Of a DNA stretch of 64,000 nucleotides, positions 13,061 through 26,772 are shown one piece after another; position 1 is the stretch's first letter; the number at the start of each line of letters is the position of its first letter. The position numbers and the translations under genes were made by a program. The stretch is from Octopus sinensis (Eukaryota): NCBI RefSeq assembly GCF_006345805.1, contig NC_043004.1:96410001-96474000 (forward strand), in the 5' to 3' direction. The notes beneath the pieces are model-generated. The model searched no databases. It saw only the letters and a program-made list of their open reading frames with translations, and was not told the origin of the DNA.

Positions 13061-14595
13061 TGGTAGTGGTTCAAAGTACTTTGATATGAAGGACTCTGAA
13101 ACAGGTAATTAACCATTGATTATCTGTAGTTTCTCTAGAATTGAAAGCTCGCGCAACATCTGGTAGAACTTTTACAAATGTTATGCAGTATTAGAAAGAG
13201 TATTTTGCTAACCGTTCATATTTTCTAATCATTTGGTTATAGACGAAGTGTTATTGATGTCTTACTCAGTGTTTTGATGAGCTTTTATCTTCATACTAAG
13301 GTAATTACCCCTTAGTGTTACTCGGCAAACAATCAGGTTTTTACATTGAGTAGGGTACTATGGACAAATTTTTTTTATCAGTGAAACAACTTCAAGAAAA
13401 CTGAACGGAGCAGCTAGCACCTTCGACATTCCAGTCACAAGTATAAAGGATTTCTTGTATAATGACAAACCAACACTTTTCTGCATTTCGAGCTCTAACA
13501 GAGCAGCTAGCACCTTCGACTTTCCAGTCGGAAGTATGAAGGATTTCTTATATGACAAACCAATACTTTTCGGCATTTCGAGCTTTAATAATCATTATTA
13601 TATTAACTTTATGATTCTGTAACGATACATGTTAGAGTCGAATGTTGCCAATTGTAACGGGAGATGCAGTAATTCATTTTCAGTTGTTATCAAAATGTAA
13701 CGGGTGTTGATGTTGCAGATGTGAAAGAGGAACAGTGGTCGAAGTTGATGTTGACTCCAAATTTTATTTACTGTTACGTTATGTAAAGATACACAGGATG
13801 GCATGCGTATATAATATAACTGAGAGTAAATTTTTCTTAGTATAAATGCGTATTGTCTGTTGTAGTAGTAAACAAAAGAAAATGATAGAGTGATGTTTGT
13901 TGGAAGAGGAAGATGAGCTAGTGAAAGTGAGAGAGAGCAGAGGGAAGTTGTATGTATCAGAGTGGCCGATTGTTTTATCTCGTCCTTTGGTTGTCTCTGG
14001 CTGTCCCCTTTCATCAACTAACTTTTCCTTGCGGAATTTTGGTATTTATAACCATGCAAGCCTGCTAGAAAGAGAGGTATATTGCTGAAGACAATGGGCA
14101 GTCCGATGTAGGTCACCCATATCTAATTTCAACTTTAGATGGCATAAAAGTAAAATGGAAAACATAAATTGATTTGGCAAAGCCATGTGTTGAACGTCAC
14201 TCCTGTCAACTATTGTTTTTCTGTGAGAAAAATGCTGTTGAAATGTTAAGGGAAATTTGCCGATTCAGGTTCGAATCAACTCTGTGCTCAAATGAAATCA
14301 CTAGAATTCTGAGGTTGATTTCTAATCTCACTGCGTTATTATCAGCAACCAATTGAAGTTTATATTAATTTGTTCTCCTGTTCAATTAATCCTGTAATAA
14401 AATTATATTACATCATATTCGTGTCTTCTAAATTTGGTTTAATATGCAGTCGAGCTTACACCAAAAAATAACATTCACAAACCGCAACATTAGTGGCAAC
14501 CAAATCCCTGTTAGTACAAGAAAATATATCGCAACGCCCAGACTTGAGTCGCATTTAGCAGACAATTTTCGAATAAAATTGCTGTACTTATGGAA

Positions 14596-14973
14596 GCACT
14601 CCGTCGGTTACGACGACGAGGGTTCCGGTTGATCCAAATCAACGGAACAGCCTGCTCGTGAAATTAACGTGTAAGTGGCTGAGCACCCCACAGACACGTG
14701 CACCCTTAACGTAGTTCTCGGGAATATTCAGCGTGACACAGAGAGTGACAAGGCCGGCCCTTTGAAATACAGGTACAACAGAAACAGGAAGTAAGAGTGA
14801 GAGAAAGTTGTGGTGAAAGAGTACAGTAGGGATCACCACCATCCCCTGCCGGAGCCTCGTGGGGCTTTAGGTGTTTTCACTCAATAAACACTCATAACGC
14901 CCGGTCTGGGAATCGAAACCGCGATCCTATGACCGCGAGTCCGCTGCCCTAACCACTGGGCCATTGCGCCTCC
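14596..14973 (-). mobile_element. SINE type 3, full length
   Basis: Head GGAGGCGCAATGGCCCAGTGGTTAGGGCAGCGGACTCGCGG...GGTTTCGATTCCC has Pol III A and B boxes; partial copies at 34165-34478 (-) and 63467-63658 (+). Confidence 0.9.
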
Positions 14974-14983
14974 GGTTTAATAT

Positions 14984-15216
14984 ATATTTCTTTACTACCC
15001 ACAAGGGGCTAAACACAGAGGGGACAAACAAGGCTAGACAAACGGATTAAGTCGATTACATCGATCCCAGTGCGTAACTGGTACTTAATTTATCGACCCC
15101 GAAAGGATGAAGGGCAAAGTCGAACTCGGCGGAATTTGAACTCAGAATGTAACGGCAGACGAAATACGGCTACGCATTTCGCCCGGCGCGCTAACGATTC
15201 TGCTAGCTCGCCGCCT
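14984..15216 (-). mobile_element. SINE type 2
   Basis: A-box-like TGGCAGAA(T/A)CGTTAG, B-box GAGTTCAAATTCC, tail GTAGTAAAGAAATA; matches other copies. Confidence 0.9.
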
Positions 15217-15696
15217 CAGTCGAGCTTACACCAAAAAATAACATTCACAAACAGCAACATTAGTAACAACCAAATCCCTGTTAGTACAAGAAAATATATC
15301 GCAACGCCCAGACTTGAGTCGCATTCAGCAGACAATTTTCGAATAAAATTGTTGTACACGGTGGTGTTAAACAGAATGGTATCAGGTTTTGCCTTTATTT
15401 TCATTACACTTCCTATTTATGCTGTTCTGTTGTTTAAGTAAGATATATAGGCGTAAGTACAAGAAATTTCTTCGATCGAAGAGGCTCCACTGCAAGACTA
15501 ACAGGTGCAAACTTTGATTCAGGAGCTGTTTTACGCAGATTATAATATTTTTGTTGTTCTTACTGGAAAAGAAATGCAGCTGCGTGTATAGTATTTAGAC
15601 TCATTTATAAGCTTGAAGAGCAAACACATTTATATGATTGCACAACTGAAGATCTAACAGATCAGCGATTAGTAGGTCATACCCATTTATGGGTGA

Positions 15697-16016
15697 AGAA
15701 GCGTGGCTTAGTGGTTAGGGTATTCGGCTCACGATCGCAAGGTCTTGAGTTCAATTCCCGGCGGCGCGTTGTATTCTGGAGCAAGACACTTTATTTCGCA
15801 TTGCTCCAGTCAACTCTGTGGGCAAAAATGAGTCGTACCTGTATTTCAAAGGGCCAGCCTTGTCACACTCTGTTTCACGTTGAATCTCCCTGGGAACTAC
15901 ATTAAAGGTACACGTGTCTCTGGAGTGCTCAGCCATATGCACGTTAATTTCACAAGCAGACTGTTCCGTTGATCAGCTCAACTGGAACCCTCGTTGTAGT
16001 AAGCGACGGAGTACCA
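15697..16016 (+). mobile_element. Chimeric SINE (type 4-like head/core plus type 3 tail)
   Basis: The 5' half matches 40850-40955 (-), including GAGCAAG(A/G)CACTTTATTTC; the 3' half matches 14596-14770 (-). Confidence 0.85.
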
Positions 16017-16065
16017 GTGCTGCATGCACCACCCGTTTATGAACTTCGTCGGTGCTGATAACAAC

Positions 16066-16295
16066 TTATTTCTTTATTACCCACAAGGGACTAAACATAG
16101 AGGGGACAAACAAGGACAGACATAGGTATTAAGTCGATTGCATCGACCCCACTGCGTAACTGGTACTTAATTTATCGACCCCTAAAGGATAAAAGGCAGA
16201 GTCGACCTCGGCGGAATTTGAACTCACAACGTAACGACAGACGAAATACGGCTACGCATTTCGCCCGGCGTGCTAACGTTTCTGCGAGCTCGCGG
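16066..16295 (-). mobile_element. SINE type 2
   Basis: Near-identical to 14984-15216. Confidence 0.9.
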
Positions 16296-16299
16296 CATA

Positions 16300-16671
16300 T
16301 TTATTCCTTTAATTGATTCAGTCATTTGACTGCGGCCATGCTGGAGCACTGCCTTTAGTCGAACAAATCGATCCCAGGATGTATTCTTTGTAATTCTATT
16401 GGTCCATTTTACCGAACTGCTAAGTTTCGAGGACAGAAACACACCAACATCGCTTGTCAAGCGATGGGGGGGGGGGGGACACAGACACACACACACACAT
16501 ATATGTATATACGACGGGCTTCTTTCAGTTTCCGTCGACCAAATCCACTCACAAGGCTTTGGTCAGCCCGAGGCTATAGTAGAAGACACTCGCACAAGGT
16601 GCCACGCAGTGGGACTGAACCCAGAACCATGTGGCCGGTAAGCAACCTACTTACATTATAGCCACTCCTGT
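16300..16671 (-). mobile_element. SINE type 1
   Basis: Reverse complement aligns with 7557-7932. Confidence 0.9.
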
Positions 16672-17661
16672 AAACCCAAGGATATGGTACATCGCATAAG
16701 ATGCTCAGGGGAAGATGTAGCCGGACAAAGAGAAAATATATAGGAGAAATGGGTCGGAGCTGTAGCACAGAGGAAATTGATAAAATCTAGCCTAAGTATG
16801 GTGGTAAAAACATGTGAGCAGCTAACCATCACAGCACAGATACAAATGGTGAATTGATACACAACATCGAAAAAGGTCTTTCAACACGCCCTCTCATTTA
16901 ACAGAAAGTATGAGAAGAGTAACTACAATCTATGCGTATATAATCATATCCGCCTCTCACTCACCCACCTACTGAATACACATCAACAATAATAAAGAAC
17001 TACGACAAAAGTAATAACACAAAAGTATATCCACAATGCAAATTACATAATACAATGTAATGTATTGTAGTACAATATTGCATTGGAATATAACTGATTA
17101 ATTAGCAATATATACATGTATGTACGAGAGAGTAAAAACAAGATAATAATGTAACGCATGCCTTAGGCCACGAGAAGAACAGTGGAACAAAAACCAACAA
17201 CAAAAGTGTGTGTGTGTGTGTGTGTATGTGTAAACTAACAAATAAATTCCATGAACGAATGGAAATTTTCCATTTTAAGACTAGTGCCGATGGAAGGCAG
17301 TGAGATTGTCACAACAGTGTGACAAAAGATTTTGATAAACCAACGGAATGTTTAGGTAACTGATAAAATAGAGGTTAACAAAAGCTAATGTGCTTTTTAT
17401 AATTGGAACGACCTTCTCAATGTACATGTTTCAACTCGCAATTTATCAAAAATCTGGCAATACATATAAATATTGTCGAAAAAAGAAGATAGAAGAAGAA
17501 AGAGTTGTGTGCATTGATGCGTAAATCGAAAAAAAAAATGGACATTAAACGAGAAAACAACAAGAAACGAAACGGACGTGAAATTTCCTTTTTCATCGGT
17601 TGACCAATCTAAGAAATTTTTACCAGCTCAGTGTGCGAAAATTCTCTCCTCTGGACAGCTA

Positions 17662-17734
17662 ATGAAAGAAAAATTCCATGTTTGTTCTGTCTCTTACTGT
17701 CTTCTTGTCTGCTATCTATTTCTCAGTAGATACT
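17662..17734 (+). CDS. Candidate first coding exon encoding a signal peptide (MKEKFHVCSVSYCLLVCYLFLSRY)
   Basis: ATG, basic N-region, hydrophobic core, consensus donor GTGAGT at 17735 in phase 1; upstream 16900-17660 is unique, relatively CpG-containing sequence. No homology recognised. Confidence 0.35.
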
Positions 17735-17826
17735 GTGAGTCTTATTTTACACGTCACTCGGTTTGCATGGTTTCATTTTAGAACAGGTTCTGGTTTTGGC
17801 TAAAATTTTATTTTATCTTACGTATT

Positions 17827-18721
17827 TTTAAAAAAGTTTTCTCCCTTCTGTTTTTAGTTGATATGTTGTGTGGTGTCGTGGTGAGTGTTATTGTTCCATT
17901 CATGTTTTCTGCTGAGGCTCAATGTGCCTATTGCTACGTGTGTAGCCTCTGTAATCTGTCACAGTGTCGTGTGAGTTCTTTGCATTAATAATGCCTTAAC
18001 CTCTATGCTATCAGCCAAACCTCTATGTTTTGCTTGAGCATGTTGGTAGACCACTGACAAACTTTTCTCCTCTTTGAGCTCCCACCAGTGTTCGCCTATC
18101 TGCTCGCCTATGCTGTGTGTTGTCTCTCCAATGTAAGTAGTTGTCTTCTTTCTGCACTGTTCCTCAGTCCATAGTAAGCTATACACTATATTTCTAACCT
18201 TATACTTAACCTGTGAGTTCATCCTACATATTGTTCTCATACATGGGGATTAAAGTAGTAGAAAGGCCTGGAACCCACATAAAATCCCTGATCTGTAAAA
18301 CATATCCTTACGATAGATCCCCATGTATGAGAACAATATGTAGGATGAACTCACAGGTTAAGTATAAGGTTAGAAATATAGTGTATAGCTTACAATGGAC
18401 TGAGGGACAGTGCAGAAGCAAGACAACTACTTACATTGGAGAGACAACACACAGCATAGGCGAGCAGATAGGCGAACACTGGTGGGAGCTCAGTGTTCTA
18501 CCAACATGCTCAAGCAAAACATAGAGGTTTGGCTGATAGCATAGAGGTTAAGGCATTATTAATGCAAAGAACTCACACGACACTGTGACAGGTTACAGAA
18601 GCTACACACGTAGCAATAGACAGACTGAGCCTCAGCAGAAAACATGAATGGAACAATAACACTCACCACGACACCATGCAATATGTCAGCTAAAGACAGA
18701 AGGGAGAACATTTGTTAAAAA
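17827..18721. mobile_element. Penelope-like element 3' fragment (GIY-YIG endonuclease) with an inverted copy forming a hairpin
   Basis: + copy encodes IKVVERPG...NIVYSL...YIGETTHSIGEQIGEH; 17827-18250 is the reverse complement of 18317-18721; spacer 66 bp. Confidence 0.85.
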
Positions 18722-21222
18722 AGTAAACAGATACAAACAGTGTAATACACATACAAGAGAGACAAATATGCACATACCTATGGTAAATATAAGAAATAAA
18801 GATAAATAGATAAAAACAAAGAAAATTTAAAAACTATATAAAGGGCATGGATACAAACAACATAGGAAAGTGAATGCATATACACACACAAACACGCATA
18901 CAATAACTTCACAAACAGTCACAATAACATCAACAATACGACTAACAATGACAACAGCAACAACGACAACAACAACTACCACAATGACAGCAGCGTGGGT
19001 GAACACACAAGCACAAAGAGATACAGAAAGTGTGTGTGTGTATGTGTGTGTATGCATAAATATAAAGTAATATGTATTAACATATTGTGTAGGCTACGTA
19101 TGTCTTCAGAGACAGACTTCAGGCATCTGTTCATCTGCTTGTTGCACAGAAAATATGAGAATTTAAAGTAACTTTTCAAACCCCACTTTCAGTCAATGTA
19201 AATAACACTATATCAAAAAGGTGTCAGTTATTTTCTTTGAATTCAGATATTCAAATCACAAAAGAAAGTGATCTGATTGCACTCGGTTAAGAGAAAACCA
19301 GTAAAAATAATAAAAAGTAGAAGATGGGCATAGAAAGGATATTTAAAGATGAGGTTGTTAAATTTTAGAAAGAAATTCGTAAGAGTAAAGAGCAAGGAAA
19401 GTCTGATGTGTTTTCCAGTTTCATAAAAGGAGGAATGAAATTTTTTGAGGCTTGTCCTGTTTTCTGCTGTGCACTTGTCAAACATATGACATCCAATTTG
19501 GAAAACCACAATAAAATGTTGTGCATGAAGCAATGTTAAAACTGAGACAGGAAAAATATTTTTCATAACTAACAGAGCAAAACATTCCTCATCATCATAG
19601 ATAAAGGAAAAATTTATAATATATAAAACCTTACAATTAGTTATAGGTCTACCACAAACGTGAAAAATATAATACGACACAAACCAATATACATACACAC
19701 ACATGTGCGCACATGCACACACATACATACGTATGTATGTCCATGCATACATACATACATACATACATACATTGGGGCACTGAGATATGTCATACACTGC
19801 CTAAATATCAATCTTGAGAAATTAGGCTTCTCAAAACCAGAAAAACGAAAGCTGATTTGAAGACTGCAGATCCAAGTCATCACTGGAACTGTAAAAATCT
19901 GTAAAGCTTTCCAGAAGTTTATCATCTAAGTATATATGAGCAGGTCTAGATATACAACTATACGCATGTGAAGACATACATAAAACTAAACATACAAAAT
20001 CTGCATGTATACATACATACATACATACAAAAATACCCTGTTGTTGGTGTTGAAATTTCAATGAAGGAGCCTTAGATCTAGGTTAGAAACTGACTCTTTC
20101 TCTATGGGCAAGAAATCTTGAAATAAAACTGAATGACATACATACATACATACATAACTTACACTCATATATATTTAAGTATGTATATTCTGTGTACTTT
20201 TGAACGAAACACAAGAGGACCACAACCAACTCAACAAAGGACCCTGTACACTAGAGATTTATAGTGCATTTTCTTATGTTAAAGAAAGTTACAGGGAAGT
20301 AACTATTGCAATAAATATTGAATTTCATTTGAGGTCAGGTAGAAAATAAAAACTGGAAATGACTACATTTATTCTTAAGTCACAGTAAAGAAAAATAAAG
20401 AATGTATAACAAAAATATCACAAGGAATAATTTTTCTAAAGAGATGAGTAACTTTTTAGAAAAAAATGAAATCTTTCGTAGAAAAAAAAAACGAATGTAG
20501 TACAGTCCTTATTTGGAAGAATGGAAACAGATATAAAATTGGACAGGGGTATAAGTGAGTGACAACTATTGTCAGAACATTGTGACAAGGCAGAAATTAA
20601 GAGAGGGAGAGAGAGGGGGGAGAAAGAGAGAAAAAATTTTGAAATTTTCAGCAGAAAAACTGAAATGTATATTAAAAATGCTTTTTATAGCTTGAACAAA
20701 GAGAAAAAGTCACTGCATATATTTTTAAAAACTATAATACAGAAGCTGGAAGAATACGAACAATATTTATCAAAAAGTATTCATTACTATACTGAACTTA
20801 ACAACTGTATAATACTTGACAGCAAATAAATAATCTATACAATAAATAACTAAGCTAATTTCAGGAAGAATAATAAATTAGTAGAAAGAATTTTAAATTA
20901 AAATAAATTCAATGCAAAGCCAGATAAAGCACACTTAATGAAATGTTTATGAGACAAATACTGGTAGGACATAAAATAAAGTTGAGGCTAAAAACAACGC
21001 ACCAATAAGTGAAAAAGAAAAACCGAAATAAAGTATATCATATGCATTGCAATCAAATAATGGCATTCAAATTTAAATGAACATATATTATTTATACATA
21101 GTGTGTGTGTTTTGCATATATGCATGTATGTATATATATATCTATATCTATATATGTGTGTGTGTGTATTTATATATATATATATACATATATATATATG
21201 TATATATATCTATATAGCTTTC

Positions 21223-21315
<93 letters not shown>

Positions 21316-21797
21316 TAAGAGAGAGAGAAAAGAATGAGAAGCTGAAAAGAGAATTATTAGATAAATGAAACTTAGAAACACTTATATGGCATATGTAAAT
21401 ATGCTTGTACATGTAGTTTGTTCATTATTACAGTTAGATACTTAAGAAGCAATGCTGTGTATTAGAACTATAAAAGTAATCTAGTATTGCAAACAATATA
21501 CAATCAAGTATTTCAAGTATATAAAAGAATACATAATAAGATAAGTGATTTGGGTAATTTACAAAAGCAGTTATAAATAATAATGTTAAAACATTATATT
21601 ATAGTGTAGATTATGCATATATAATTATAAATTTTGGGTATTTAAATTTTGCCTGGTGGCAGGCATAACTTACTGTCCTAGCAAAAATGAATTTCATAAT
21701 AAATTTAACTCTACTTTTACAATTGAGTTTTACCGTCAGTAAATGCTTTGTTGTTATTCATAAACTTACTTTGATATAAAAACGTTATTCTTTTACC

Positions 21798-22187
21798 CTT
21801 TTACTTGTTTTAGTAATTTGACTGTGGCCATGCTGGAGCACTGCCTTTAGTCGAACACATCAACCCCAGGACTTATTCTTTGAAAGCCTAGCACTTATTC
21901 TGGCGGTCTCTTTTGCCAAAGTGCTAAGTTATGGGGACGTAAACACACCAGCATCGGCTGTCAAGCAATGTTGGGAGGGGGGACAAACACAGACACATAT
22001 ATATATACACATATACATATATACGATGGGCTTCTTCCAGTTTCTATCTACCAAATCCACTCACAAGGCCTTGGTCAGCCCAAGGCTATAGTAGAAGACA
22101 CTTGCCCAAGGTGCCACGCAGTGGGACTGAACCCGGAACCATGTGATTCATAAGCAAGTTACTTACCACACAGCCACTCCTGCGCCT
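21798..22187 (-). mobile_element. SINE type 1
   Basis: Full length, head GGCGCAGGAGTGGCTGTGTGGTAAG. Confidence 0.9.
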
Positions 22188-23205
22188 ATATGTAAAATTT
22201 AGTACAAAAATTATTTACTTTTTGTGTATGATATTTCATTGAAGTAAGGCAATGTGATGGAAGAAATGTTAGTATACTAAATAAAATATTTAACAACATT
22301 TAATCCATCTTCTTGTTCTGAAATAAAATTCTGCTGGGGTCAACTTTGCCTTTCATCACTTTGGGATCAATAAAATAAGTACCAGTTGAACACTGGAGTT
22401 AATGTAATCAACTAGCCCCCATTCCAGAAATGGCTGGCTTTGTGTCAAAGAATGAAATCAAAATTTCAAAGCAGTTAAAATTTAGCACAAATATAACTTG
22501 AGAAGCGGTTAGAGATGTGGCCCGAGTAACTGCAAGGGAAATGATTTTAATAACAGAAAAATGTATTAAGAAAACAAAGTTACTACCATTGAATCAAAAG
22601 AGACAGTGAAATTTGGTTATGCCATAATATATACAAAGGAGGTAAGAAAACACAGAACATACTCAAGATCTTGGAAGAAGCAAAACAATTGCCTTTAAAC
22701 AGTGTAGCAGGAATTCTAAGGGGTCATTGAAAATGTGCACTTATGCAACAAGCATTGTAATGCTTACTTCATTGCAGGAAATAATATCAATAGGTTACAA
22801 GAAACTCCAAACACTGTACAGAATAAATTGTGGAAGGTTAGATACAAAGCCTGGCAGCGTATGAGAAATGCTTTAATGTAGCTTATAACAAAATGTAAAT
22901 AAATAATAGTTACAAATGAAACTAAGATAGTAAAGTTTAAGGGAAGGAAAAATGTATGAGAAGTAAGACAAATCATATGTAGTCAATAGTTTACAGATAT
23001 ACTTCATGGGAAATAAGCTCAGTGCTCAAATCTCATTTAGAATTCCTGCTATTCTCATTATTCAAATCTCATTCAGAATTCCTGCTATACTGTTTAGTCA
23101 AATAGTTTGGGGTAAAACAATATAAAGGTATACAATATTCATTTTTGAATGAAGAACAAGTTAGAAATATTATTTCATCTTTTGTAACATTCATACTCAA
23201 AGCAT

Positions 23206-23682
<477 letters not shown>

Positions 23683-24599
23683 ACAAATTCAAAATGCGAT
23701 AAAATAAAATTAATTATTATCGCTGGTGTTTTTAGCACAAGCCATATATTATTCATATATAAGTACATTAAAAGGCGAAGTATGTACTAGAAACACAGAA
23801 ACTTGATAAATTTAGTGAAATGAAAATAAAAACGTTTACTAACTCGGTTCCTCTTAGACTGCAGTTTCGTTAACGGACAGAGTCAAGACTATTGAAAAGG
23901 AAAAAAAAGAAATAAGTGAAAATTTTACCGGTGAGTGTGTTACATTATAAGGCACAAAAAGAAAATGACTCTCCTCAGACACAACAGAATAAATGGTGTT
24001 TGAGGGAAACTGTATTACAGGTCCAGAATTGGTTTATGCATGTGTGTGTGTGCACTCGTGCATGCATACGTGTGTCTGTGCGTGTGATTTCCCACTCAGA
24101 TCCTACACTAAACACTTATCTAATCTTTGCAGTCCAAATTAATATATTTACAACAGAACTCATTTATAGAGAGTCAAGCTCCACTGAGCTGTATTGATTT
24201 CACCAATCTTGATAGACTGCTCTTGCTACTCCAGCAAAGAATGTGAAAGGACTTTGACAAACCAAGCTGATTGATTGACTGACTGAACAATTATACAATC
24301 AGTTGATTAGTTAATTGGTTAAATGACTAAATAGTTGACTAATAATAATAAAAGTAAAATAGAACCCATGTGTGTTTCCTATTTGCATAACCACCCTCCC
24401 AAGATACAATAAAATATTGCTAATGCTAAATTTAAAACTAGTTCAACTAAATTACGAAAATAAACTACATCATCATCATTAACATCTTTATAATTATAAT
24501 TCTTTAAATTTCTACCTTCTTTTGCTTTTTCCAAGTTTGCATGAATCAGGTGCAGTTTGTTGAGCTGTGTGCTAGTTTGAGCGAAACCCTTCAACTGGA

Positions 24600-24905
24600 G
24601 CCCTGGACCAAGCCATACCTTGTAAGCAGAACTGAAAGAAGGAAACAATATAGAAGCCTATTGTGTTTGTGTGTGTGTATGTGTGTGTGTGTGTATCTTT
24701 GTGTCACCTGTGTTTGTTCCCCCATCTCCGCTTGACAACTGGTGTTGCTGTGTTCACACCCCCATAACTTAGCAGTCCAGGAAAAGAGACCGATAGAATA
24801 AGTACTAGGCTTAATAAACAAGTGCTAAGATCAATTTGTTTGATTAAAACTCTTCAACACGGTGCTCCAGCATGACCGCAGTCAAATGACTGAAACAAAT
24901 AAAAG
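24600..24905 (+). mobile_element. SINE type 1 variant (3' two-thirds)
   Basis: The body and tail match the type 1 consensus; the 5' part differs. Confidence 0.75.
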
Positions 24906-24978
24906 AATGTACAAACACACACACACACATACATACACACACATATCTATATCTATCTATCTATCTATCTCTCTCTAT

Positions 24979-25019
<41 letters not shown>

Positions 25020-25024
<5 letters not shown>

Positions 25025-25200
25025 GAGAGTTCACGAAAAAAACAAAAGACGATGACAGGTGGTGTACAAAACAAACAGATGTATTAGTATAACGCTCAGG
25101 AATAGAAAAAGTCTTTTACGTTTCGAGCCTACGCTCTTCTACAGAAAGGGACACAGAAAAAACAAGGAGAGAAAAAAATGTGTGTAGTGGCTAACAATCT
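25020..25200 (-). mobile_element. Penelope-like terminal repeat fragment with a degenerate minimal hammerhead
   Basis: Minus strand CTTT-CTGTAGA-A-GAGC-GTAG-GCTC-GAAACGTA-AAAG at 25111-25150. Confidence 0.45.
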
Positions 25201-26669
25201 ACAGGTTGTTGCTGACTTACGACGATTGGCACACCAGCCCCTGGCAGCAATAATAAATAGTCCAGCTGAAATCTAATGGGTTTAATTTCTTAGATATTAA
25301 TCCACTTACGGATGACATTAACTAAGGTTTGGTTATCTATCACCATTGTGGTTATCACAGGTATTGTATATATCCTGTCACAGAGAAATCGAAGCAACCT
25401 TGTATTTGTTTATTAGACGACTGCTTGAGACTCTGAACTAATAACACTGTTGTAGTATAATACAGAATGCTGAGTGTGACGTTTACCTGAGAATGTACCT
25501 TAAGGATGTAAAAATATAAAACAAAGCTATGTCTGCCTACAAGCAAACTTATGACGAAATTGACTTATGACCAGTCAGTTGGGAACCAATTGTGGTCACA
25601 AGTCAACGACCTCTATATATTATGATAAAGAACATGAAATCTGATTGAGATTTTTGACAAGAAATATTTATTCATATCATAAATAAAAAGATGTCATTGC
25701 TACAAATGACAAACACCAAGATGGTTTGAAGCTTGTAAGATCGTAGTGGCTGTCAAGATATCTGATCATTGTATGTTGCTGTTACAATTTGGCCATTGTT
25801 TTTGTATTGTGACAGCTCTCTGGCTAGCTGCTGCTTTTGCTACTCTCTTTTGTGTCTGACCCGATGTCCACTGTCTGTCGCTAGTGGCTAAAATGGTATA
25901 GATGAAATTGCTGTTAGATCTGGTTCCACATGAAGTCTTGTATAGTCAATTTTTTTTAATGACGTTGGTAATATTCTGGAGAATCACAATCATATTCAGC
26001 TGTGTTTTTTTACATGAGATACAGTGATCCGGTTTCAATTGCTAAATATTCCTGCTACATCAAATATATACGTTTTATTTATTATTTTGCACATTACTTA
26101 ATCATCGTTATATGCTATATCTTATTTTTAAGCTTTCTATAATATGTAATTTTCTAGATGGTATAATTTAATTTTTCCTTATTGAATTGATAAAAGGTGG
26201 TTTTTCTAATTTATATATATATACCGTGCAAGCCATCTATATGGCGGTTTATTTAATTTATATTAAAATTTTATGTATTGATTAAGTCTTTTCTTGTTTG
26301 GTTTTAAAATAGTGGTTTTGTCTCGAATTATATTATATAATATTTTACTATAAAATAGGATTTAACCCTAAATCTGATTTTTCCCTGTAATTTTGGATTC
26401 ATTCCCTAATATTTATTATATATATATATATATGTATATATATATACATATACGCACGCATACACACACACACACACACATATATATGGATGTTCTCCTT
26501 GGGCTACAAGCTACAGTAGCATCCACCCTTAGTGGTTAGCCACATTTAAGTGGCAAATATACTTCACATTGTCATGCAGCTACTGTTTATACCTCGTTCA
26601 GAGATTTATTATTGCTTATATATATATAATATATATATACATATATATCTATATATACACACACACATA

Positions 26670-26755
<86 letters not shown>

Positions 26756-26772
26756 CAAATATGCAAAGATTA

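Noticed and set aside
14900-14973. tRNA-like sequences at SINE heads (also 40880-40955 and 63467-63540)
   Set aside because: They have A/B boxes but no complete cloverleaf and run straight into SINE bodies; not tRNA genes.
20569-20829. 86-aa Lys/Glu-rich ORF
   Set aside because: Non-ATG start, includes a GA microsatellite, composition matches A-rich background, no recognisable motif.
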